A stretch of DNA of 64,000 nt from Somniosus microcephalus (lineage: Eukaryota). Position numbers and translations under genes: made by a program. Positions 38,591 through 50,295 of this stretch are shown piece by piece (position 1 is the first letter of the stretch; every line of letters begins with the position of its first letter). The stretch lies in NCBI GenBank assembly GCA_052327205.1, contig CM126229.1:23808001-23872000 (forward strand), read 5' to 3'. The notes beneath the pieces are model-generated. The model was not told where the DNA came from and did not search any database. It worked only from the letters and a program-made list of their open reading frames with translations.

Positions 38591-40357
38591 TCAGCATTTT
38601 GGGAGCTAGCAGAGCACCTCAACTTTCCAACAGCACAGTGAAGGGGCCGGGTGCTAGGGTTTGGATGATCAGCCATGATCTCGTTGAATGGTGGAGCAGG
38701 CTCGAAGGGCCGAAATGGCCTACTCCTACTCCTGCTCCTATCTTCTATGTTTCTATGAACCTCATTAGGCTTCAGTATACTTTTTTTTTAAAAACATTGT
38801 TCAGGTTGAAATTTAATTTGGCTGCATTATGCTATAAAGTAGTTTGATTTACTTATGAAAATTAAAAATAGTTATACTTTGTGAAATATTCCTTAACAAA
38901 ATGAAGTATATGGTCCTCTATATACTCCCGAAGATGGGGTTCACATGAAGTGTGGAAATGGGGAGTCCAAATACTTAAAGATAACATTTAAACTTTAGGA
39001 GTTGCTGTCGCAAACAGAACTTTGGAACCATATTACTTTTAGCTCTGATGGATTTCCAGGACAATAACTCTGTGTGTTGAACCACCTTTTATTATCAGGA
39101 TTGTCCCTCCTCACTTATTACTGTAGTTATACAGTTGCAGTCTGCCGTAGCTGTACAGATTTGCAAGGAGTGCAGAATTGTTTTTGCAGTGAGTGTTGGA
39201 ACATGTTGAAAAAAAACCAGAGAGTCGATTTCCAAGTGCCCTGTGGAGAAATGCATCTCCGGTTTCAGGACTATTCACACGGTGGGGGGGGTTACAGCAT
39301 TTGATTGGATGATCTGCCAAACCTAGAGTGCTCTTGAGGCCCCAGTTAAACTCCTGGTGCACTAAACTCGAGTCTGTAAGGACTATGGAAAAGCAGCCTG
39401 GTTTTCCTCCTCTTCCTCCCGTGATCGATAAGTTATTGATGTCACAATGACTTGACGGCCTTCATTCGTTGACATCTAGTGACACTGCTATGGCATCACT
39501 GAACAGGATGAGACAAGTCCGTTTAACTCAAGTAAGTGAGCAAAGTTCTTTTTTTAAATCCAATGAAACAGTGTTCTGATAAAGCTGGTATTTAAAGTGA
39601 GTAAGAGACGATTACAAAAATGTTGTGGTTTGGATAATGTATATTACGAGTTGTGATGTACCTGTTTTATGATTCATGGGCACTCTTTGGACAATAATTG
39701 AGGTATACACGCCAGAAGCACATAGTATATGGAATTTAATTCCCAACTATGATCGGAGGGGGCAACAAATGGTTGAGACTCCCCTCTGTGGCTGTAGCAA
39801 GCCTGCACTATTCGTGGCCTGAGCTTCTGACACGGATATCAAAGCTTTGTTTGCAGCTGTCAGGGAATCCGAATCCTGGGCGGGCATTCTTTCCAACCAG
39901 GAGTGCAATCGGATTAGGATTTACCTTGTAGATAGAGATGCGAGTGGTGGGAAATGACTAATGCCCCTTGATCCTGAAAATGAACAATGAGCCAGCCCTT
40001 GATTCATTACCAGGGCTCTGAAGTTTCAGTGCTTTGTTGTAACCCTCATTTTATTGTGGAAACTGCTTTTCAACAGGGGCGGCGCTGTACATTCAGTGAA
40101 ACAAACTGCTAGTTGTAATATTGTTTAACAGGTGCTGTATTGCCCCAGACTCTACAGGTGGGGTGCTGAAGTAGTGATGAATTCTGCTCCATTACTAGAT
40201 GGTTTGTTCTCTGTATCCTTCTGCCACCACCCAAAAAAGTCAGTTGTTCATTGGATCAATTCAAACCCAAAAACAATTTAATCATATTTGTCTTGCCCTA
40301 AATTTTGAAGAAGGTTCACTGGCTTTACTGGCAGGTTCTTCTGTTTCTTTGTCTCAG

Positions 40358-42625
40358 ATTCCTGCACCTTTTCAACCAGAAATGCAATTTGATTTGAGCA
40401 ACAAAGAGAAGTTCAAGTTGGCAAAGAAAAATGAGAAACACCAGTTTGGCAAGTCCACTGTGCAAACGGAACAGGTTCCACTGCAGAATAGTAGGATTTC
40501 TTGGAATACATGCAGCCAACCTGCTGTGGAAAAAAGAGGGGTTCTATTTCAAGATAATAGGATGGTCTATATTACTTTTCACAAGCCTGTTACAAAGAAA
40601 CGACAGAGTTCATTACACAACCGTAGAGCTCCATCTGAAATGCTTGCTAAACCTGTTGCAAACAGGCAACCGGTTATGATACACGGCAGTAAAATAGTCT
40701 ATAATACATTTGATAACCCCATCACAAAAAAACAGGCTGCACTGCATGAGAGTCTGGCCGCCCATGATTGTGTTGAGGCCGTTCCAGCGAAGCAAGAGGC
40801 TGTATTACGTGCTTGTCGATTTTCTGCTGCGCCAGACAAGCAAGTTACATTAAAGCAACAGATTACATTGCAGCACAATAGATCTCTGCATAATAAGTCT
40901 GCTGTCGGGAAGCAGCAAATTGCATTACATAATAGACCTATTTTAAAGTGTAAGGTTCCATTGCAGGATTGTCGAATATCACCAGGCAAACCTGTTGCAT
41001 TAAAGCAACAGGCTCCACTGCAGCATAATGGAACTCTGTCTCCATCAGACCCAACAAGTGCATTGCACAATCAACAAGTTGCATTACAAGAGAATAGATC
41101 CGGTAAGCCTTTGCTAAAGCAGGAAGTTCCACTGCAGGATTGTAGGGTTTCTGCTGAATTGGGCAAAGCTGTTGCATTAAAACAACAAGCACCATTACAG
41201 TATAACAGAACTCTAAGTATTAATCACAAATCCACTACAGATAAGCATCAGGTTGCGTTAATAGATAATCAAACTCGCTGTAACTCATTTGGGGACACCA
41301 TAGTGAAGGAGCATGAGGCTCCATTAAGAATCAGTAGAACTTCCAAGAGTATGTTTGTCCAGTTATCTACAGAGAAGCCACAGGTTTATGATAGTACACT
41401 TGTCAAGCAAAAGCAGGTTCTTTTACAAGAGGGTAATGGCCCCAATAGTACCTCTGGAAAGCCTGGTACAGAACAGCAACATGTAACACTACATGCGAGT
41501 AAGACTCCCTCTATTGTCCTTGGTGAGCCTGATGCAGGTACGCCATGTGTAATATTTCGAGAGAATAAGACTCTGTGCAATGCGTTTGGAGTGCCCACTT
41601 CAGAGAATCAACAAACAGTGTTACACGAGAGTAGAACTCCCTATAATGGGTTTGATGGACCTGCTGTGGAGCAGCGGGTTTCACTGCCAGTTAAACGGGC
41701 CTCCAAAGACATTTGTAAGCCTGTTCCGGACAACAGAAAACGGGTGATTATACAAGATAGCGTAATTCCCTACAATACAAAGAGAGCCACAGCCTGGGGC
41801 GTTCGAGCTTGGGATGAGTGGGCTAAAAACCGGAATAACTACCTCATGGAAAATAGTATGAAATGCGATGAGTCATTCCTTTATGTGCCAATACTGTCTC
41901 ATGAAATAAGTCACGATGAACTGAATTTCTGGTTGTGCCACTTTGTGGAGGAAGTCCGTCGGCAAGATGGATCATTTTACCCACCTAATTCTCTCCGTCT
42001 CCTGTGCTGCTCCATCTTGCGATACTTGCGTGAAACCTGCAAGCGACTGGACATTGATTTCTTTAACAAATATAACGTGGAGTATTCCGAGTTTCGGACT
42101 GTCCTTGATAGGCAGATGAAACAACTTAAACAACAGGGGATTGGTACTGTAAGGAAACAAGCGCAGCCTTACACAGAAGAAGAAGAAGAAAAACTGTGGC
42201 AAATAGTTTTTCAACTTCGAGATGCAAAAAGTTACAGTTACGCTGTCTATTTCTACCTCTGCAAAGTCTTTGGTGTACACGCAGCAGCCGAGCACAATAA
42301 ATTGATGGTCAATCAGTTTTCCTTCGGAGCTGATGAAATTGGGGAATATTTGGAGTTTGTGGCAAAGCCTTACCGAGATGGAATCCAGAGGACTAAAGGA
42401 CACACTCGGCAGTATGCAGACTTGTCCAACCCGCGATGTATTGTTTCTGTCTTCCGTCGCTACCTCAGCATGGTCCCCAGCGACGGTCCGTTTTACCGGC
42501 GCCCACTTCCCGGACGGCTGGAGTTCTGCCAGCAGGCGATAGGAGTTCACACCCTGGAGCGCTACTCCAAAGAAATCTGTGATGCGGGTGACATTTCAGG
42601 ACGCCACACTGGCCAATCTGGAAGG
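40358..42625 (+). CDS. Large exon encoding a 22-aa repeat array and Crypton tyrosine-recombinase/DUF3504-like domain; predicted alternative exon of ATF7IP
   Basis: 756 uninterrupted codons; acceptor ttcttctgtttctttgtctcag|40358 in phase 0; donor agg|gtaagt at 42625; motifs IPYNTKRATAWGVRAWDEW, LNFWLCHFVEEVRRQDGSFYPPNSL, FRTVLDRQMKQL, EEEEKLW, NPRCIV, GPFYRRP, AIGVHTL are typical of Crypton/DUF3504 proteins. Confidence 0.88.
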
Positions 42626-44790
42626 GTAAGTATAAACCGTGTTTTATTATTGTTGCAAAGACAAGAGACATTTTACTTCCTATTATCTATACTATGCATT
42701 TTAATGCATTTAACAGCCTGTGTAGAAGTTAACCCAGCACAGGCACTTTTTTTAATGCTAAATTACTGTCTCCTGCATTCTTGCTATTTTTAAAGGTCAA
42801 GTGACAAAGCCTAGGTTTTTACACAATTGTGAACTGGAAGAACAATTTTAAAAAGTTGTATCGTACCGTTTTGTATTTCATTTTATTACCTCTGCCCCTT
42901 TTTTTTCGTTGCCCATTTTAACCCCGATCGCTGGTTTTTCTGCCTCCCACAACTTTGCTACTTCTGCTCATAGGCCAGATTCAGACTTAGGCTGCAAATT
43001 TCCAAGGAATGCCTTCAGTGCGACCCAAGATTATCCAGTGGGAGGTTATATACAAGCAGGCTGTCAGATGATGTCATTCGTCTACTCTTCCCGTTTCCCC
43101 CCCCCCCCCCCCCCAAACACCTTTCCACTAGGAATGCTCATTTCTGCACCGTGCTCCTTCCTTCCAGTGGTTCAGGAGTCTCGCCCAGCTGCAGCATGGT
43201 TAATGACGGGCAGCCCTGGAGCTTGAATTTGCAACCAATAGGCTGAAATTCTACCACATGCCATCTGCTTTTCTGTGAACTTCCCACCAAAAAATAATGC
43301 ATAGTTGTCTAAAACGGTGAAGCCCTGAGAGACCAACTTCATAAAGCTAAAGGACGTTGATTATAAATGAGGATCCTGTTGAGATTGTGCTGCAAGTGGA
43401 TCAGGGCACCTTCAAGCATTGAGGTTAAGATCTTATTGGAATTGATTTGTACAGCTTGTGTCCAGCCAGAAGTAAATTTACTCTAGTAACAGGCACGGTT
43501 GATCGCTGGAGAGATGATACCTGTGTAATTACTGCCTGCTTCCACAATGAGGAGATGATGGTTGTCGATGCAGAGGGGAGTGTGGGGGCAGGGTGAGGAA
43601 GTCTTTCCAATACACCGTGGTAGCCAGATTTCTTTGAGATTATTTCAGCTGGGATGAGACTTATCAAGATTCCGAACAGAATTTTGTGCACTTTGCTTCA
43701 GTGAGAATGTGGACTTATTTAAGTGTATGACATCATTTCAGAGAATCAACTCAGAATATCAATGTTGCAACCCCAGATTCATATACAACCAGCTAGATTA
43801 CAAACCTGATCCTATTTCCTCCCAGTGAGCTTTTCACATGTTAGGTTTTGAGTACACAGTGATTTACACAGGTGTGTGTGAGCCATCCATCGATTGTGTC
43901 TGTTACTGCGGCAGTTTCTAGTGAATGCGATTTCAGTAGGTGAGGGCAACGTTGACAGGGCAGCTAGATTAATTCAAAGTTGACAGATTGAGTCCCTCTT
44001 TGATCATTGCATTAAGCATTATTGTAAACCTATCCTATGTGCAGCCACTGCCTCTTAGCAGCAAAAGTTTTCAGATTTCAAAAGGGAATTGGATAAGTCC
44101 CTGAAGGAAAAAAATTTGCAGGGCTACGGGGAAAGGGCAGGGGACTGGGACGAGCTGAAGTGCTCTTGCAGGGAGCTGGGATGGGCCAAATGGCCTCCTG
44201 TGCTGTAACCATTCTATGATTCTATGAGATTCTAATTTTTGACTGGCAAGGATCTTTTTAAATGGGCTCACTATATTAAGGTCCAAAGTGGATTCTCTGT
44301 TAGATTGCATTTCTTGCAATGTATTCAGAAATTTAATGAAGAATTTGCTTAACTTTGCCAAAAGAATACATTTTCAACAAATGAAAATTTGGGTTCTGAC
44401 TTATTCTGGTCAAACTTTACAGATGTTTAAAGAGGGAACCTCAGAGTTATGTAAAATATTAAACCCAGAATTCTGTTTAAAGCAGAATGGGTTCATAGGA
44501 CCAGAGGACATGAGCTTGAATGGGGAGGTATAATTTTAAAACTGGTATTAGGAAGAACATGTTTACAAAGGGTGATAAATTCTGGGATAAACTGCCAGGC
44601 AAGGTAGGAGAAGGAAACGGGCTTTCCAAATGCAGCAGGATGGGGCAGTTGGGGTGCTAAAGAGATGAGCTTCAGTGGGCTGCAAGGTCATTTATCACCC
44701 ACACTCTTACTGTGTTCAAGATGTGACCTGTTGAATAAGTTGGAAGACCCACTATATCTGCCTTCCAACCCGAGCAGATCCTTCACTGTT

Positions 44791-45139
44791 CACAGAATCA
44801 CAGAAACCCACAGTGCAGATAGAGGCCATTTCGGCCCATCGAGCCTGCACCGACACATATCCCACCCGATCCCTGTAATCCCTACACATATCCCACCCTA
44901 TCCCCGTAACCCCACGTATTTAATCCCCCTAACACTAAGGGTCAATTTTTTTTTTATCATAGCCAATCAACCTAACCTGCACATCTTTGGACTGTGGGAG
45001 GAAACCGGAGCACCCGGAGGAAACCCACGCAAACACAGGGAGAATGTGCAAACTCCACACAGACAGTCACCCGAGGCCGGATTCGAACCCGGGTCCCTGG
45101 CGCTGTGAGGCAACAGTGCTAACCACCGTGCCACCGTAC
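44791..45139 (-). mobile_element. HE1-type V-SINE (tRNA-derived)
   Basis: Minus strand: box A tggcacggtgg, box B ggttcgaatcc, V-domain gtgtggagtttgcacattctccctgtg...gggtttcctccgggtgctccggtttcctcccaca, CR1-like tail. Confidence 0.9.
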
Positions 45140-48079
45140 CATAGCTCACAGAAGGCCTCTAGTACTGAAGCGGAAGGCTTATGCAAAGCCTGAGAACCTT
45201 AATATTTCAACATTGTTCGGTTTCTCAGGCAGTATAGTGTGACTGAAGATACTAAGCATTTGTAGGTGAAGGCAGTTTACTTAATCTGACGGTACAGGTT
45301 ACATGCCCTCACTAACTGCGTGCTCTTGCATGTTAAACTGTGGCTGATCCCTTTATTTTCATAGTTTAATATTTCCAGACCTAAATGTTTATCCATACAG
45401 AATAAAATTCAAAGCACACCAACACTTCAATTGTTTATATTTTTTTGAAACTCAAGCGATTTAACTTCCACTTTGTGGATTTGTATTTTCGTTTACAATG
45501 ACCATTAGCGTTCGAATCAGAACTTGAGGGAAACTTTGTCATTTGACCTTCAAAAAAAATATCTTTAATACTTGGTACTGGTGGTTTATTGATAATACAA
45601 TGGAGCCTTGAGATCATCATCCAAATTGCCAAAGGATTTTCCCCCAGGGTTTAACCATGTTAAAATAATGCATCTGTAGTCATGTTGGTTATATACTAAA
45701 GTGGCAGCGAACTTTGATCTTAGTATTTGATCTCAACAAAGTTGGTCTGAAGTGGGCTGCACCACATTCTCCTGGCTAGTGCGACTAAATTAAAAAATGC
45801 CGGGTGCTGTCTGCGCATCTCTGTCTCTGATAAATTGCCCATCATAACTATGTGTACAATAAGCCCTCACTATAATACTGTGATAGACCCCAGCCCTTTT
45901 CATACTGTTTATCGCCAGTCAGTAATGATGTAAACAACCATCTATGTAACTTCCTTCATCCTCTTGCTTCCCCACCCCAACTATGAAATTTTCTGATAGG
46001 AAATGACCACACAGACACTGCACCCGACTGAACTCTTTTCCGAGTGGCTATCGCTATTACTATCTGGGTTTTTTTTAAACTAGCATAATGAACCAGATTG
46101 GATGAGCAGGATTGACCAATCGGTTGCTAAGCTGTTGTTATAATCTGTGGACAGCAACATTGTCCAAGTGGCTAAGATCGTAATTAGCAAAACTGAAATT
46201 CTACCAGAAGTTTCCCACTTGGCTACCAGCAAGCAACACCAATTGTAGCATGCCCATAAGCCCACAGGCACACTCTTTTTTAAGCATGTGTATATCTCCG
46301 CATTATTGTCCAACCCACAGAAATGGCATTATGGAGGAGGCTGGCCTTTTGTGTGTTTGTTACAAAACACAATTTAATTCACCTTGGACCAAAACATTCA
46401 ACAACAGAAATGGTTGACATTTCTCTGAATAGAATTGTACCGACACTTTTATTGAATAACACAAAGTTGTCCACTGAGAGAATTCAAACTCTCTCAATCC
46501 CAAGCTCCAGCTCATAACTTTGTATATATAATTGACCAGCGCCAATTGACTTGGGAAGATTTAATCAGTGTAACCAAGCATGCAACTATTTCTCGGAAAT
46601 ATGTTTTTCCTTATTTTGGGGGTGGGGCGGGAGAACGGGACTCTTGTTGATGGCCCTTTAGCATTCAAGTTACTGAAGAGATTTTTTTGTGTCAACTATT
46701 GGTAAATTCTGCAGTGTTTTAATATTTTGTTTTCCCTTTCTATGATGGTGATTTTTGACTGCATTGTGTGGCTTTCACAGAGTTGTTTAGGCTTTCTGGG
46801 AGCACTGATGTGATTGTCAAATTCCAAATGGATTTGTGTTTAACAAAAAAAAGCTCAATAGTCAAATTGGAGTTGTAAGGACAAAATTGTCTTGCACTGT
46901 GGTAGAAATCCATTAGTTGTGGCTTCATTGGGCCTGCAAACAATTGGACTTGCTGCACTGGTGTGCAGATTGTAATGTTGCAGCAAGACAATGTAATTGA
47001 AAACAGACTGGATCAAACACTCAATTTATATTGACCAGATTCAAGGACCTTCCTGCTACTAAACACACGAGAGTAGAATATGATGTTATTAACTTAGATG
47101 CAACACTGTTGTTATTATAGAATTTGAATTGGCAAACCCCAAAAATTCGGAATGAAAGTGATGCCACGGCATACTTTTTGGGCCTTGTTGTTTTTATGAA
47201 ATTTTGAATTAAATGCTGAATATATCTGTGCCCTTGGGTTACCCACAATAAAGCCTTCATGCTGTTTCCCTTGTCCCTAAATGAAATTCTATTTAGTCAC
47301 TTTTAATCCCAGTTTTTACATCTTCCCTTGTGTCCATTTTTTTTAGGTCACTTTTTTATCTACCTGGCACATTCACTTTGTACTTAGTTTTCACAAACTT
47401 GGGGGTTTTTTTTTGTCAGTGCTAGATGACAGTTTAAGCTCCACAAAACTGCAATGACGGGTCATTGCAAAGGTGATCTGACTCGCTGTTCAGTGAATTT
47501 AGGATGTGTTGGATGTATCTCTGAGGGAAATCTATTGTATTGGTGAAATCCTGTTACTGTCACTTCACACTGTTGCATTTGTGTCCCCTTTTAGTTTACT
47601 CAAGTCAACATGATATTAACAGGAATTCACTACTTGAGATATTTTGGCAAAATGTTTATTTCTCTGGTGGGGTGTGGATCCTTACTTGCAAATTTTGGGT
47701 AATCCTGTTGCTGCTATTGTTTTTGTAAACCCTTTGTTGTATTGGGGGATGCATTAAAGGTTTGGATTTCCTAGGTGGCTCTCCCAGTTTGTGGTATGGC
47801 AGACCAGTGGGGCATTGCATTCATTCTACCAAACCAAAAGTGCCGCTACTCTGCAGTAACCTTCCAAGTCTTAATTGAATTCACCCCAATTTCAAAAAGC
47901 CCAAATTGTAAGAAGGAAATCCATTCTGACGCAGTTTAAATCAACAATGCCTCGGTGGTCCTCAAATGAGAAAATCTTAACGACCAATATCCGAAATCCA
48001 GCCTGTCTGCACAACCCCAGTGACTTGTTCATCTACACAGGCTTATTTTTCTTTTTTGTGTGTATTCATTTTGTTGTAG

Positions 48080-48448
48080 GTCAGCAGTGTAGCTGCCCTT
48101 CACAGTCGCGGCTTTGATGAAGAGCTAATTAAGGAACGAATGGGAAATGGCAGTAATGCAATGATGTCCTACAAAAAGACTCAAATGAAGGCAGTGTCTG
48201 ACTGTTTGCAGCCTCCAAACCCTTTGAAGAAGATCCCAGCTTGTTCACAGTCAACTTCTTCCTTGCGACAGCAAAGTGCTTGTGCACAAGAAGCAGTGAA
48301 CATAGTCACCCAGCCAGAAGCAGTGCTTACGACCCAGGAAGGATTGGTGAAGGTTGAACTGCCTTGTGGTACACCTTCAACATTACCAATGTCTTCTGTC
48401 AAAGTTGCAGCAACGTCATCCTATTGTGCTGCTAAAATCTTCCAGTAG
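48080..48448 (+). CDS. Terminal exon completing the Crypton YR/DUF3504 domain
   Basis: ttttgttgtag|48080, phase 0; VSSVAALHSRGFDEELIKERMGNGSNAMMSYKK continues HTGQSGR and aligns with the YR C-terminal consensus; stop at 48446-48448. Confidence 0.85.
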   Translation, partial: VSSVAALHSRGFDEELIKERMGNGSNAMMSYKKTQMKAVSDCLQPPNPLKKIPACSQSTSSLRQQSACAQEAVNIVTQPEAVLTTQEGLVKVELPCGTPSTLPMSSVKVAATSSYCAAKIFQ

Positions 48449-48491
48449 TGCAAAAAGACTCCCGTCATATTAGATTGTAAGAATATAAAAC

Positions 48492-48497
48492 AATAAA
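48492..48497 (+). promoter_or_regulatory. Polyadenylation signal of the Crypton terminal exon
   Basis: AATAAA 44 nt after the stop, followed by GU-rich tgtggtgtg about 17 nt downstream. Confidence 0.55.
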
Positions 48498-49979
48498 CTG
48501 ACGAGGGGGAAAATGTGGTGTGCCTCCTGATTTCTCAGTACACAGCAGTATTTGTGTTGAAGTTCCTTACTTAACCTCCAACCTGGAAGAGGCTGCAAGA
48601 ACTGGGGAGTGGAGAGGGAGGCTGGGGACAATGCAAACATTTTAAAGTAGTATTTTGCACTCGTCTTCAGTGTAAGATGTTTCAGTAAGTTTGCAAGATG
48701 ATTCTTTCAAAGCACTTTCTTTTCTCTTGTTATGCTATTAATTGATTCTCGTGTGTGTGTGTGTGGTTGTCAGTAACACTAAGTTATTTTTTTGTCCTTT
48801 GATTTTTGGAGATTTCACGTCTAATAAGAAACTAAATTTTAATAACATTGTTAGCCTGTGTCCTCATATAATTAAAAAATGATTAAAGCCTAACAATATG
48901 GTCCATTGGATTTTATTCCGATTTGCCTATCAAAATGAATATGTCTTTGTTAACTTGCGTCATTCCTCTTACTGCAATAGTTTTGAGAAAAGATTGGTCT
49001 TTTACTTCATGGTGTTTCTGTGCAAGCTCTAGCTGTAAAAAGTGAATAATGACTTATAATTTCCAAGTGTTTATGTTCGGTTAGCTGTGCCTGTTGAAGA
49101 GTAGTTCTCCCAGTTTTGCTTTTATTCATCCATTCTGTTCAATAGTTGCTCTAGCTCCCTGTCTCAATACTTCTACAATCATGTATTTTTTTTTATACAC
49201 AGACAGGAACCATCTTGAAGAATCTTGATTGGGAATGCTTTAGGAGGTGGTGCATGTTGCAAATCCCTCGTCCCTTCCTTCCTACAGTTCCCCTCTCTGT
49301 GACCCCAACAGTTCTGTTTAAAAATCCGCTGTTGGCATTTCTGGTTTCACTGCAGGTCAGCTACATTGCTAAACGTTTAACTTCTCTCGACTTTTGCCAT
49401 TGAGGCGATAAAGATGAATGTGATGCTCGAATCATTTTCTGCCCTCCATGGAACATGGGTACTGTTGGCATACTAATAGGACAAGGAAATGCAGATACCT
49501 CATTCTTCTGAGACTTTTTGAACAGAGCTAAGTCACTTCCTCATTCTTTGTGGCATTCTTCGGTGCTGTTTCAATCCCCCCACTCTGAAAACCCTCCTCT
49601 CTTCTACAATAAGTCATATTGGATTATCACTCCTAATTGAGCCTTTCCTTCAGATTTCCACAACATGAATTACCTAAAAGTAAAGGAAATTCCCAATGGC
49701 TCAAGAGACTGAAATCGTCAAGCATCGGTGCAATAGAGTATTGCCTTTCTGCAAAGAAGCAACTTTGTACCCCTTCTGTTGAGCTTAGGCTCCTAGGGAC
49801 AGCAATGAGAACACTGATTGGACAACCTCTCCATCTTCAGAGAACATGGGGTTAGAATTATTGATGTTTGTCTCTGATTTTATTTTGCTGGAGTGCAGGA
49901 CTAAGTCGGTGGACAATTACCAGAGGCAACAGGGGCTTCCATGACATGGCAATAAAGGACAGTGGCAGTTCAGTAAGTA

Positions 49980-50295
49980 CAGGAAACTTTGTGCTATCCG
50001 GCACTGACAGGACCGAGCTGTTGCCGTCCCATCAAAACTGCCGGACAAACCAGCGCTAATGTTGAAACATACGGAGATTTTGAGCTCTGTATCTGGCAAC
50101 AAACCCTGTTGCTTAGCAACAGCTTCTAAACAGTCGGCCGTACCTTGCAAGCGTCTCTGTAGCTTAGCAACAGCTTCAGCGAGACCTTGCAGAGCTTGAC
50201 TGTTGAGAAAAAAGACCTAACGAAACGGCTCCTGATTTTTGCCGGTGGTTCGAGCATTCCGGACAGTTAACCTCCGGATAAACCAAAGTTTCCTG
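49980..50295. mobile_element. Tigger/pogo-like MITE
   Basis: TA-flanked; TIRs caggaaactttg..tatccgg / ccggata..caaagtttcctg; related to 17687-17932. Confidence 0.8.

Noticed and set aside
37270-38847. CRISPR-like array or repeat-protein ORFs
   Set aside because: The variable segments are only two recurring types rather than unique spacers, the context is eukaryotic, and ORFs appear in most frames because the 42-bp unit lacks stops.
40199-40357. First 53 codons of the 864-aa ORF as a true N-terminus
   Set aside because: They run through a polypyrimidine tract and an in-phase AG at 40356-57, so intron read-through is more likely; an independent start cannot be fully excluded without transcripts.
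42626-42793. Hydrophobic, transmembrane-like C-terminus of the 864-aa ORF
   Set aside because: It starts exactly at a gtaagt donor, is AT-rich intron sequence, and the YR homology continues instead at 48080.
47450-47469. Perfect 9-bp-arm palindrome TGCAATGAC-GG-GTCATTGCA
   Set aside because: Could arise by chance in 64 kb; no supporting context.
40358-48448. Active autonomous Crypton transposon
   Set aside because: Catalytic residues are degenerate, no terminal repeats were seen, and the intron contains old SINE/LINE insertions; domestication fits better.
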